Positions 1-11,580 of a stretch of 64,000 nucleotides of DNA are shown here, piece by piece. A program made the translations under genes and the position numbers. The notes beneath the pieces are model-generated. The model worked only from the letters and a program-made list of their open reading frames with translations, searched no databases and was not told where the DNA came from. Source of the DNA: Stegostoma tigrinum (lineage: Eukaryota); assembly GCF_030684315.1 (NCBI RefSeq), contig NC_081388.1, forward strand, positions 22,675,015-22,739,014. Direction: 5' to 3'. The first letter of the stretch is position 1, and every line of letters begins with the position of its first letter.

Positions 1-2869
1 AATTCCCATGTATTGCTTGCATGGTGAAGCTGTGTTTATCTGGTCCTGTTTCAGAACAATGCTAAGATACCATTTTATTGAATCACTCTGGTTATAAAGT
101 GAAATGCATTGGGAGGCCATTCTGGTCATTGTGGTTCAGGTGGTTTTCTAGCTGCATCCTCATCTTGTCTCAAAATCTGCTGCTCAGAAAGCAGCCAAGG
201 TAAATTGCCCTTTCTACCCCTTTAATATCTATCAAGGCGATGAAGGTTTCTGGTATTTAACACAAAGTTTGAATGTTGCACAAAACTGAATTTTCTCTCC
301 TGCAGTTTCTGACAATTGTTAATTTCCTAGAGAGATTCACCACAGCCATTCCTTGCTGCCTTCCCCAGGAGATTACCCTCCCGCATAATGTGGAACACTT
401 CCCATTCCTTTTTCCAGCCCTCTGTCCCATGCCCTGTTCTGTTTGTGGCAATAATCAAGGATTTATTCTTCTGACTGGTGCAGTCTGTGCTTTACAGTGC
501 AACGCTACAGCAGCAGTGAAGCTGAGACCAGAGTGTAAAACCAGGTCACCATACGTTGTCATTCTGTTTTCATTGTCACCCTCGGTGCCCTTCCTCCTTG
601 CCTGGGACCTTTCAGCACTTGCCGTCTGTTGCTGTTCAAAACAATCTTAGTGTTGATTTAATTTCACCTCTTCACTGAGCATTCAGCTCTCCACTGTCTG
701 AGCCACTTCAAAGACTGTGGGTTTCCCTTTTCAATTTGCCTGTTTCTCTCATCCTCTCCAATTCCAATGATTTGCTTCACCTTTTCACCAGAATCTGCCT
801 GGGATTGGCACCTTGCAGCAGCCTCATCACCATCCACGCAAACAGGAGTCAAGAGCAGAACTTCTTGTCTGTCCCTGTGCTTTGTAAAATGGGAATACTG
901 AATAAATAATCTCCTCGCAGTGATGTTGTCTGACTGAACTCATGGCATTTTCTGTTTTAATTTAGTTTCTCCACAATTTCATGTTTTAATTTAACTTTGT
1001 ATGTTGCAACAGTTGTTGCTGTTTAGAGGAATTCATTGACTGTGAAATGACAAGGCGAATTACAAAGGCAAATTTTTGGCAACTCTTTTCTAAAATAGGC
1101 TGCAACTGAAGGATCCACCAGAGGGAGACCCAGTCATATTTTTAAGACCATAAGACACAGGAGCAGAAGTGGGCCATTCAGCCCATCAATTCTGTTGTGT
1201 CATTCAATCATGCCTGATCTGATAATCTTCAACTCAACTTTCGTACCTTTTTCCTACATCCATGAATCCCTTACAGGTTAAAAATCTGTCTCAGCCTTGA
1301 ATGTACTCACTGATCCATTCTCAACAATCATCTGCAGTAAAGAATTCCACAGATTCACTCCCTTTAATGAGAAGACATTCCTCTCTCTCCTAGTCCTGAC
1401 TGGGTGAGACCTTATTCTGAGATCATTCCCTCTTATTTTGGACTCACCCACAATGGGAAACAATCTCTCCACATTAACCTGTCACGTCTTCAAAGAATCT
1501 TAACACTTTTTGTTGATTTAGGAGATTAACCCATTTCGTGTTTTATTTCGAATATTGATACATTTCATTTCCAACTATTCAGGAGGGATCTCCCTTTGAT
1601 AATCTATTTGTAACTCAGTGCTAAGAAGAGTTGTTGCACTGCCAGTGGTTGGGATAGTACTTGAACAGATATCACTGACTGTCCAGGAGTGATGACCCCT
1701 GTGGCTGATCCTCCCATTTGGGAATGATGCCACCTACAGCTGACTATCTAGTGTGGGAGTGAGTGTGAGGATACTTGATGTGAGCAGAATTTACAGCTGC
1801 AGTTACACGACTTCTGCGGCTATCAAGCTTTGCACAATGGTGTTGATTTCAATGGAATTGTTTTCTGGGGCAGGAATAGGGTTGTGCCAGGTGGAGGAGG
1901 AGGGTGTGGTGGTGTTGATCTTGAACAGAATAGATAAGCAATGGGAAATTTTCCCTGCGTATCTCCCTCCACTAAGCACCTGTGAGAGGGGGGTTTTGAA
2001 TGAACAGGAATTGATCAGGTTAGACTTGATATTGCACTATGGAAACATTAGAGGCAGCCTGACAGTGGAGGAAAGCGTAGTTTGGTAAGGCCTGGGGAAA
2101 GGAAGAGAGGAACAGAGGATTCGCATGGGAAGGAGCAGAGGGAGAGCTAAGGAGGGGAGAATGGAGGGGCCTGGCCGATTGCTGAGGAACTCCAGGTTGA
2201 ACAGGATTCTGACAAAGTGGAAACTTCCAAACACCGCCCCCCCATCTCCTACCAGCCATGATTTCAGAACATAGCATTTGACAATACTTGGGGCTTCTTG
2301 CCCAGAATGAAACTATCCCTGTGGTTAGGAACATGATACCAATTGCTGCACTCCAGGGTCAGACAGTGGCTGTGTGGCTGTTTGTGTTTTGAGTTTCCCT
2401 CTTGTCAGATGATGTCTGTTGCTTCCATGTCAGTGACCAATTGCTGCTGTTATACTGCCTGTCCAGCCGATGGCAAATCGCCTCACATAGCCCGTCACAT
2501 CCTCTGACATTTCAAAATATCAGTAACATTTCAGAACTGGTTACAAACATTGATAGCATTCAGTCAGTGAGTGGTAAGAGCTAAAATAAGAGTGGCAGTA
2601 AAGTGATTCCCTCTTTGCTATTGTCACTGTGCCAATCTTTGAGATTATAGCAACAATTTGAATCAACATTATCAGTATCTTTAGACACTACAGCCCTTTC
2701 ACTAAACACGTCCCCCTTCATTGACGACCCCATGCTTCACTTCAGATCTGTCGACAGCTGGATGTTGAGATCGAGGTATTTGTGGTTTAGGAATTGAAAC
2801 TCTCTCTGAGTCAGCCTGTTCCCTTTCCAGACCTGAGCACAATGATCCCGGCCAAAAATTCAACACTAT

Positions 2870-3670
2870 TACACTGTCAAAGGGTCAGTTCTGAGGGAGT
2901 GCCGCACTGTCTGAGGATCACTGCTGAGGGAGCACCACACTGTCGGAGGGTCAGTGCTGAAGGAATGCCGCGCTGTCGGAGGGTCAGTGCTGAGGGACCG
3001 CTGCTCTGTCGAAGGGTCAGTGCTGAGGGACTGCTACACTATCATGGTCGGTGGTGAGGGAGTGCCGCACTGTCGGAGGGTTGGTGCTGAGGGAGTGGGC
3101 ACTGTCGGAGGGCCACTGCTGAGGGAGAGCCACGCTGTCGGAGGGTCAGTGCTGAGGGAACGCTGCACTGTTGGAGGGTCAATACTGAGGGAGTGCTGCT
3201 CTGTCGAAGGGTCAGTGCTGAGGGAGTGCTGCACTGTCGGAGGGTTGGTGCTGAGGTAGCGCTGCACTGATGGGGTTCAGTACTGAGAGAGTGTTGCAAT
3301 CCCATTAGTACTGACTCTCTGAAGTGCACACTCCTTCAGAATTGACCGTCCAACAGTGCTTCACATCTGCAGTACCAACTTTCTGACAGTGCATCACTCA
3401 CTCAGTCTGAACTTTCCGACAGTGCAGCAATCCCTCCGCACTGACCCTATGACAGTGCAGCACTTCATTAGTACTGACCCTCTGACCGTGCGGACTCCCT
3501 CAGTACTGATCAGTGGGGCACTCCTGCTGTACTGACCCTCTGACAGTGCAGCACTCCCTCAGTACTGACCCTCCAAAAGTACAGCACTCCCTCAGTATTA
3601 ACCCTTTGACAGTGCAGCACTCTGTCAGCACTGGCCCTCTGACAGTGTGGCACCCTCTCAGCACTGATCC
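2870..3670. repeat. 33-bp minisatellite in two oppositely oriented blocks
   Basis: Unit CAGTGCAGCACTCCCTCAGTACTGACCCTCTGA read on - in ~2870-3300 and on + in ~3305-3670; explains the 11-aa-periodic ORFs. Confidence 0.9.
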
Positions 3671-4309
3671 TTCATATTGATTCCCTCACTAGGAGTTCTT
3701 TTCATATCTGAGAGGGGGCAATTTCATTGATTTCCCTAACCAAATACTTGGAAATTAAACAATGATCTATCATTTCCAGTTCAGGAGGTCACTTTCTGTA
3801 AAACCTGTTCCCAGTTCAGGAGGGTAGTGAGTTTATTCAGTGAGAAAGTGAGCACGACCTTGATCATAAGCAGATTACAGTGCTGTCTTATGAGCCTTGT
3901 TTATCTGTCTCACCTATACACCATCCATGGCTCAGCCTAGGGAGATGTGAGGTTCCAATACTAAGATGGTGCATTGATAAAGCATCTTGACTGGATTAAA
4001 ACATCCCAAAGTGCTTCATGGGTGAGTCAGCCATCCGAACCTGGCACCAAGACGGACGGAGATAGTAAGACAAGTGAGCAAAGCTTGGTGAAAAAAGTAG
4101 GTTTCCAGGAGCGTCTGAAAGAGAGAGAGGGGAGAGTTTCAGGGAAATCATGGAAGGCCTGAGTGGCCAAGATCTGTGAAGTTTGTTGAGTGGAGCAGTT
4201 TACAGAGATAGGAACAATGCAAAAGTCTACAGTGAGGCTGGGTGTTGCTCAACCAGGACTCACTGCTCAGTGCAGAGAACCAGCTGATGAGTGAACTAGA
4301 CTTGGTGAC

Positions 4310-4500
4310 AGAGATAATGGGAACTGCAGATGCTGGAGAATTCCAAGATAATCAAATGTGAGGCTGGATGAACACAGCAGGCCAAGCAGCATCTCAGGAG
4401 CACAAAATGAAGGGTCTAGGCCCGAAACGTCAGCTTTTGTGCTCCTGAGATGCTGCTTGGCCTGCTGTGTTCATCCAGCCTCACATTTGATTATCTTGGA
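4310..4500. mobile_element. Penelope-like terminal mini-element (family A), inverted arms
   Basis: AGAGATAATGGGAACTGCAGATGCTGG... arm followed by its reverse complement; direct repeat GACTTGGTGAC at 4299-4309 and 4499-4509. Confidence 0.85.
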
Positions 4501-4824
4501 CTTGGTGACTGTTTGGATGTGGGCTTTGGATAAGTTTATGAAGGCTGAAAGATGGGAGGCTGAACAGGAAACCATGGGTCCAGTATCTAAATGCTAGCTT
4601 ACAAGCCTATCCCCTGGTGTGACCATGCAAGTGGAGGTCTTTCCATTGCCTCCGCTTATGATCAGATACCAGTCAAACAGCTTCACACTGACCAGGTTTC
4701 GGATAGTGGTCCCTGGTGGCGACAGAGGTGACTGCCCAGGAAGATAAAAAGGTTAGGTTAATTGTGTTGTATGAAAGTAAATATCAAGAGGAGGAACAGG
4801 ACATGAAAGTGAAGTATACTGTGC

Positions 4825-5022
4825 CTTCTCGGTGTCAGCTTGTGTTAAAAGCCCCATTGATCGAAGTCCTTCTCCCAGTTCAGTCACGTCCACACGCCCA
4901 TCCTTATTGGTATCAAATTGCTGAAACAACTCAGCCCATTTCTTCTCCCTTTCCTTGTCTTGTTCCTCCTCTCTGCCACCTTCTGTGGATGTTCCAATCC
5001 ACCGCCAGAAAGGTTTCCTCAT
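4825..5022 (-). CDS. SLC25A23: First coding exon of a calcium-binding mitochondrial ATP-Mg/Pi carrier (SCaMC family, most like SLC25A23); remainder of gene lies left of the window
   Basis: MRKPFW...EREKKWAELFQQFDTNKDGRVDVTELGEGLRSMG contains a canonical EF-hand loop (DTNKDGRVDVTE) resembling human SLC25A23 RWGRLFEELDSNKDGRVDVHELRQGL. In-frame TAG 4 codons upstream of the ATG. Exon end inferred from the family's phase-0 intron position (AAG|GC). Paralog assignment (A23 vs A24) less certain than family. Confidence 0.75.
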
Positions 5023-5739
5023 TTCGACGTACTACAGCTGGCTACAGACTCGCTGGTGAAAGCTGGGACACAATCTGCATTAGGAAGGAAGCTTTGAGGT
5101 TTCACATGAAGCGTAAGCCAGCAGAGAGGAGTCGCAGGTCTCTCTGAACCTGATAGACATGATCAGAAAGCTGTCACCACTATCCGCCTCAGAGCGAAAC
5201 AAATCAATCTGATAAATGTTCACATCCCTCCCTCCTCCACTGAATCCACCAAACATTTATCAGCTCCAGTTAGTAGCAGTGACCACGGGAGAAAGCTGCG
5301 TGTGTATAGTTAAAACACAGGGCGAGAATGCTCACAGCTAAATCTGCTGTTTAATGTCACCGCCTGCTACTTTCTAAGACATGACAGAACCGGATCAACA
5401 TCTGTCAGCTTCAGGGGTTTTGATATTGTTTCTAGCTTTGTCTAATGGAATTATAGCAAGAAATACATTGTGGATTGGTTGTTGAGAATGATATTAATAG
5501 TTACACCAAAGACACCATGTTAGAGAAAAGTACAGAAGTGAAATGAAGAACAAGAGATAGGAAAGGATTTGGACTGGAAATGAAATACAGGTGGGACGGA
5601 GGAGGATCCTGACAAAAGCAGGAACAAGCTGGAGAGGGGAATGGGGTAGATCAGGAGGCTGGAGACAGGGAAGTGGGGTGGCTGGAGGAAAATAATTCAG
5701 TCACAGCAAGCCGGATGAACAGTGAACAAAAGTTTAAAT

Positions 5740-6410
5740 AAAAATGAAGTATTGCATTTTGGGAAGCCACATCAGAGCAGGAGTTGATTATAGGGCCATG
5801 GGGGTGCTGCCAAACAAAGAGATCTGGGGTGCAGGTTCATAGATTCTGGAAATTGGAGTCTCATGTAGACAGTGTAATGAAAAAGGCATTTGGTACATGT
5901 GCTTTTATTGGTTAGTGCATTGAGTTTAGGAGTTGGGAGGTCAACTTGGTGAACGATGTTGTTGGGATTGAAAGGTTTGAGTTATGGGGAGAAATTGAAT
6001 AAACTGGGGCTTTTTTTCCCCTGAAGTGTTGGACTCTGAGGGGGGACCTTATAGAGGTTTGTAAAATCATGAGAGGCATGGATAGGATGAATAGCCATGG
6101 GTCTTTTCTCCAGGGTAGGGGGAGTCCAAAACTGGAGGGCTTGGGTTTAAGGTGAGAGGGGAAAGATTTTAAAGGGACCTGAGGGGCAACGTCTTCATGC
6201 AGAGGGTGGTGCGTGTATGGAATGAGCTGCCAGAGTAAGTGGGTGGAGGCTGGTACAATTACAACATTTAAGAGGCATCTGGATGGGTATATGATTAAGA
6301 AGGATTTAGAGGGATATACAGCACATGCTGCCAAATGAGTAGGATATCTAGTCAGCATGGACAAGTTGGACTGTGGGGTTTGTTTCTGTGCTGTATAACT
6401 CTATGACTGT
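5740..6410 (+). mobile_element. CR1/HER1-type LINE 3' fragment
   Basis: CTGAGGGGGGACCTTATAGAGGTTTGTAAAATCATGAGAGG (RLRGDLIEV.KIM), CAGAGGGTGGTGCGTGTATGGAATGAGCTGCCAG, tail CTCTATGACT. Confidence 0.85.
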
Positions 6411-7279
6411 AAGCAGTTTAAGAGGAATCTGGTGGTTAATCACCACATGTGAGCCTGGCCACAGGACTGTTCTGATTTGGGGAGTAATAGATAGTTGACA
6501 GCTGCTGAATCTGGATGGGTGCGTACACATACACACCTCTTTCTGATCAGAATCACTGGCTAGGTGACCATGAAAGAAAGACACCCTCGCTGTTTGCCTC
6601 CTGGCTTAAAGATGCTGAGGTAGTGAGTCATTATCCCAGATCTGCAGCTTGGCTGTAAGGCCCCCAATATGACTGGGCAGTGTGCCTCTGCTATAGATAA
6701 ATGACAGGTCAGTCAAGTGGAACACTTCATTTGTGGTTGGGCCAATGAACCAATACTTGTGGTATCATGATCCTAGCCTGAGTAATGTACTCACATTCAC
6801 TGATCACCATCTCACACCCAGTCACAGTCCCTGATCACTATCTCACACCCATCTACTATCCCTGATCACCATCTCGCACCCACTTACAATCCCAGATCGC
6901 CATCTCACACTCATCAAATTTGAACTCAGAGCCAGGAACCTGGTGCATTCAAATACTCTCTTCCACTGTGAGTGTATATATTTATCTGAGGTTGCAGCTA
7001 ACTCTGCTGTTACTATCCATTTCTGCTTGCCATGGTGAAATAGATTGGACCTTCCTGCAGTCCATTTGCTGAGGTAGCTCCAATGAAGTTCAAGCTGGGA
7101 GGCCAAGCATTAATGACAGAAGGGGGTCATCTTGATTCAAGTCAAGATTTCCTTTTTTGAAAAGTACTTCTTTCTCTTTGACTGGTACAGTGAACGGAAT
7201 GCCTCTGTTCCTCTAACAGTGTCTTTAGAGCTTTAGTTTACACTTGTGGGGGAGGATGGTTCTTCAATTTAAGATTGAA

Positions 7280-7425
7280 CTGGAAGGCAACTTCTCTGAC
7301 TGTACTGCACTTCCTCAATACTTCATTGAGCATGTGGATTAGGTGCTCAAGTGTCTCGTTTGTGCCCTGAACCCACAACATCTGATCTTTGAGGAGAAAA
7401 GGCTAGTAACTGAGCCATAGCTCAT
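7280..7425 (-). mobile_element. DeuSINE-like (SacSINE1-type) 5' fragment
   Basis: CTCTGACTGTACTGCACTTCCTCAATACT...GTGCTCAAGT...TGAACCCACAAC...AACTGAGCCA (reverse of a tRNA-like head TGGCTCAGTT...GGTTCA); recognised from memory of the family. Confidence 0.55.
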
Positions 7426-7535
7426 ATAAGTAAAGCATAAGAGTTGGAAGTAATACTGTTCCCATGACATTGCTGATCTCTCCTTGTCACTTTGAGAGGT
7501 TGTGGCCAGGCTGAATCAGCCAACTCAATCCACTC

Positions 7536-7760
7536 GAGATAATGGGAACTGCAGATGCTGGAGAATCCAAGATAATAAAGTGTGAAGCTGGATTAACACA
7601 GCACGCCAAGCAGCATCTCAGGAGCACAAAAGCTGACGTTTCGGGCCTAGACCCTTCATCAGAGCTCTGATGAAGGGTCTAGGCCCGAAACGTCAGCTTT
7701 TGTGCTCCTGAGATGCTGCTTGGCCTGCTGTGTTCATCCAGCTTCACACTTTATTATCTT
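7536..7760. mobile_element. Penelope-like terminal mini-element (family A), near-perfect palindrome with two hammerhead cores
   Basis: Symmetry centre AGAG|CTCT at 7664/7665; direct repeat TCAATCCACTCGAGA at 7525-7539 and 7760-7774. Confidence 0.9.
7665..7696 (+). ncRNA. Minimal type I hammerhead ribozyme motif (family A; mirror copy on - strand at ~7633-7664)
   Basis: CT-CTGATGA-A-GGGTCTAGGCCC-GAAA-CGTC-AG: CUGAnGA core, stem II GGGT/GCCC, GAAA, palindromic ACGT in place of stem III, GUC triplet. Confidence 0.75.
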
Positions 7761-9169
7761 CAATCCACTCGAGAACCCTTCAGAGTCCAATGAAATTCCA
7801 CTTGGAGTTCAGGGCTTCCCCAGAGTTCCCGAGTGGCTATATTCCACAGTCACCACTGTCTCATTGCATGATAACATGATGCTGATATTGCTGTCGAAAG
7901 TTAATGAACTGCTGAAAATATCACCACTAAAAATACTTTCTGTTGACCCAATTTCATTGAAATAGCTTTTGGTGATTAAACTGAAATATTGACTTGGAAC
8001 AGTGTTGAACCTTACAGCACAAGTTTAACTTTAATCCATGTGAGATTCTTTCCAGAAGGGAAAAATTAATACACTGGCAGTCAAATGGTGAGTTGGAGAT
8101 GAATAAACAACTTCCAAATTGCTTTGTCACCATGTTTCTGTTTGGCCTCCCTGCTCAGAATCTGCAGAATTACTTCATGTAAAACTGAAAATCAAGCTTT
8201 ATTGCTTTCACTGCAAATCTCATTGGTGAAAGGAGGTGGAGGGGGCGGAGTGAGATATCTGAGCTAATCCTGGATGGGCAAAGCTGATAAATCATACTGT
8301 GCAGATGAAGGTCTTTTTATTTTCCGCCTGACGTATGTTAACCCTGAACTGTCCCACCCAGCAGGTGACTGAGGCAGACACGAGGCAAAATTATGTTTCA
8401 TTCCTGGTACATTTCTAGTTAATACTCTAAAATCAATCAGTAAATGTTGCTAGGGAGAGTAACAGTCTGTTTTCTTCCTCCTCGTACATTTTCTAATGTA
8501 CTTCCCATTTGCTTCAGTGTGACAGCTGGTAAACATTTAGGCAATCTCCTCACAGCTCCTCTCCCCATCCCAATGTCAAGGCTAAGGGCCGGTTCAAACT
8601 GATTAAAAGGTGAATAATTTTACTGAGAAATCATGAATTCATTGTACAACAGAACAGGCTCAAGGGACTGATTAGTCTCCTATTCTAATGCGACCATCAC
8701 TGAATTCTACTTCCTTTACTGAAGGTACTGATGACTGTGGAGACTGTGTAGAGTAAGATGGCAGGCCTTGGCACTGAATGATGGCATTGGGTGGGGTTGG
8801 GGGTGGGGTGGGGGCTGAAGGGTGAATTCAGTGATTCTTTCCCGGTCATGTTCAGTGGGTGTCAGTTAATACATGGAGGAAAAAAGCCATTCTGGGTGGA
8901 CATGGTGTTCAAGTACCTGTCACACAGTCCATGAGCTTTGGCCTCCATGGTCAGGAGAATGTAAACAAAGCAGCAAGAAACAAAAAGCAAATGACCAGCA
9001 TTGAACTCAAAGAATTTAAAACTGAGTATCAAAGTCATTCCTTTCAGCTGAAATATCTTTTCTCCTTGCTATGCTCTGGTTTGGCTTTACCAACCAGTTT
9101 TATTGCAAGATGCCAGAAGACCATTCCTCACTGATAAATGATAAGTGAGCTGGACATAGATTATCGTCT

Positions 9170-9450
9170 GGACATGCAGTGGTCCCTGTGTAACACACAG
9201 CACACACACATGCAGTGCTTCCTGTGTAACACACAGCATGTACACATGCAGTGCTTCCTGTGTAACACACAGCACACACACATGCAGTGCTCTCTGTGTA
9301 ACACACAATGCACACACATGCAGTGCACACACATGCAGTGCACACACATACAGTGCAGTGTACATATGCAGTGCTTCTTGTATATGACGCAGTGTACACA
9401 TGCGGTGAACACACAGAGCACATGCTTGCAGTGCTCCCTGTGTAACACAC
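9170..9450. repeat. ~36-bp CA-rich minisatellite
   Basis: Repeated CATGCAGTGCTTCCTGTGTAACACACAGCACACACA with truncated units. Confidence 0.9.
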
Positions 9451-10526
9451 CTCCCACTACACATATCACCCTGACTAACCCGCATTCAGAGTACCTTCTG
9501 GATTATGTGACCTGGGACAAAGGTTGAAAATAACTTGGTGAATCTGTTGCTGAGATGTAAATGTTCTCTATTTGAGTTACAGAGATGTTGGTGGTCTCGG
9601 GTTCGTGGTCCTCTTCCTGGATATGGCTCCATGTTGGGCTACTGTGCGTATGTGGGATGGGTAACATTTATTGTGTTCACTGATCGCCCCTCCGACTGGT
9701 GTTGTGAAGATGTATTGGACATGGACACGATTAGGTTTATGGAGACACTCAAGTGATAATTTCAACATTGACAGTGGCCAATCGATTCATGAACTAGTAG
9801 TTTCCCTATTCCTGTGCGTATGAGGTTAGTGAACTGGCAAACTGGCAAATAAAACAGGAATCCTCTAGCTTGAGGTCTCTGCCGATCCATGAGCAGAGGC
9901 ACCAGGAGATCCTCTGAGCTCAGTAGAAGACCAAAGGCGCAGCTGAAAGAAATTAAAAATTAAAGATCTTCACCCTCAAATAATGAAGAAAAGTTCTGAT
10001 CCATCACCACTAGGTTCATTAAAAGGAAATAGAAATATCACAAAATCACATCAAATCCACACAGGAAGTTATTTGGCCGATTAAAGCTGTGCTAAATCTT
10101 TGCAAGGAAAGAATTACTCAACTTAGCTCTCTTCCTTGTTCTTTCCCACTTGCTTTGTCTTTTTTTTGTTGCTTCAGTTATTCTTCCACTTCCCTTTTTG
10201 AAAGTCTTGTCTCTGAAATGCGTCAGCCAGTATGTTAATGGCTCAGTAATCCGTGTTGTCATCATTTTCTTTGAGGAATGAATACATTTTCACTTGATGA
10301 GTGGTTGGCCTGTTTTATTGTTTCATGTCATGATTGGTCTGTATCACTCACTTCCTCCCCTTACTCTCCTGTTCTGCCTTGAAAACGTTCAGTTCACACT
10401 GGTGTCATGATGATTTGATAAGGTTCCTTCCATTTTATGCACTTGTTCCTCACTAATTCAGATGCTCTGGAGGAGCCCATGTTTGTTGGGACCTGTTTGC
10501 TAACCTGTTGGGAAGTAAGCATTTGT

Positions 10527-10755
10527 GATCAGAGATAATGGGGACTGCAGATGCTGGAGAATCCAAGATAACAAAGTGTGTAGCTGGATGAACACAGCAG
10601 GCCAAGCAGCATCTCAGGAGCACAAGAGCTGATGTTTCGGGCCTAGACCCTTCATCAGAGCTCTGATGAAGGGTCTAGGCCCGAAACATTAGCTCTTGTG
10701 CTCCTGAGATGCTGCTTGGCCTGCTGTGTTCATCCAGCTACACATTTTGTTGTCT
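10527..10755. mobile_element. Penelope-like terminal mini-element (family A), palindrome
   Basis: Centre AGAG|CTCT at 10660/10661; 18-bp direct repeat TGGGAAGTAAGCATTTGT at 10509-10526 and 10755-10772. Confidence 0.9.
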
Positions 10756-10939
10756 GGGAAGTAAGCATTTGTTTATTGCTCATACAAAAACAAAATACCA
10801 TCAATGCTGGAAATCTGAAACAAAAACACAATGCTGGAGGCACTCAGTAGCTCTAGCAGTATCTTTGGAGAGAGAAACATAGTTCACATTTCAAATCAGA
10901 TAAGACTGTTCTTTTCAACTCTTTGGAAGATCATAAGAG

Positions 10940-11580
10940 TAGGTCATAGAGTCATATAGCTTGGAAACAGACACTTCAGTCCATGCTGGACATAATCCCA
11001 AACTAAACGAGTCCCACCTGCCTGCTCCTGGAACATATCCCTCCAAACCATTCCTGTTCGTGTACTTATCTAAATGCCTTAAATGTTGTAATTGTGCCCA
11101 CATCCACCACTTTCTCAGGAAGTTCATTCCAGATGGGAACCACTCGTATTTGCTCCTCATGTCTTTTTTAAATCTCTCACCTTAAAAATGTGTCCCTTTG
11201 TTTTGAAATCCCACATATGAGAGAAAAGACATTAATCCTATCTGTACTTCGTATAATTTTATAATCACAGCCTATCCAGCCTTTGTTGATAACTCAAACT
11301 TTCCATACCTGGCAACATCCTGGTAAATCGCCTCTGAACCTTTTCCAAATTAATAATATCCTTCCTATGACAGAGTGATCAGAACTGGACACAGTACTCC
11401 AGAAAAGGCCTCATGAGTGAGCTGTATAACCTCAACATGACTTCACAACTCCAATACTCAAAGGATTGAGCACTGAAGGTGAGTGTGCTAAATGCCTTTT
11501 TAACCACCCTGTGTATACATGGCACAAACTTCAAAGAATTACATATCTGAACCCCAGGTCTGTCTGTTCTACATGTCAGA
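10940..11580 (-). mobile_element. CR1/HER1-type LINE 3' fragment
   Basis: GTCATAGAGTCATA tail on +, CAGAACTGGACACAGTACTCCAG (reverse of LEYCVQF). Confidence 0.8.

Noticed and set aside
664-879. Purine-rich minus-strand open frame as possible SLC25A23 exon 2 or cassette exon
   Set aside because: No second EF-hand (GDxxxDGxLDFEEF) similarity; splice sites mediocre
1850-2260. Possible ancient Penelope N-terminal relic on the minus strand (SSSTW-like)
   Set aside because: Similarity too faint to support by eye
4716-5147. 143-aa plus-strand ORF
   Set aside because: Antisense shadow of the SLC25A23-like exon
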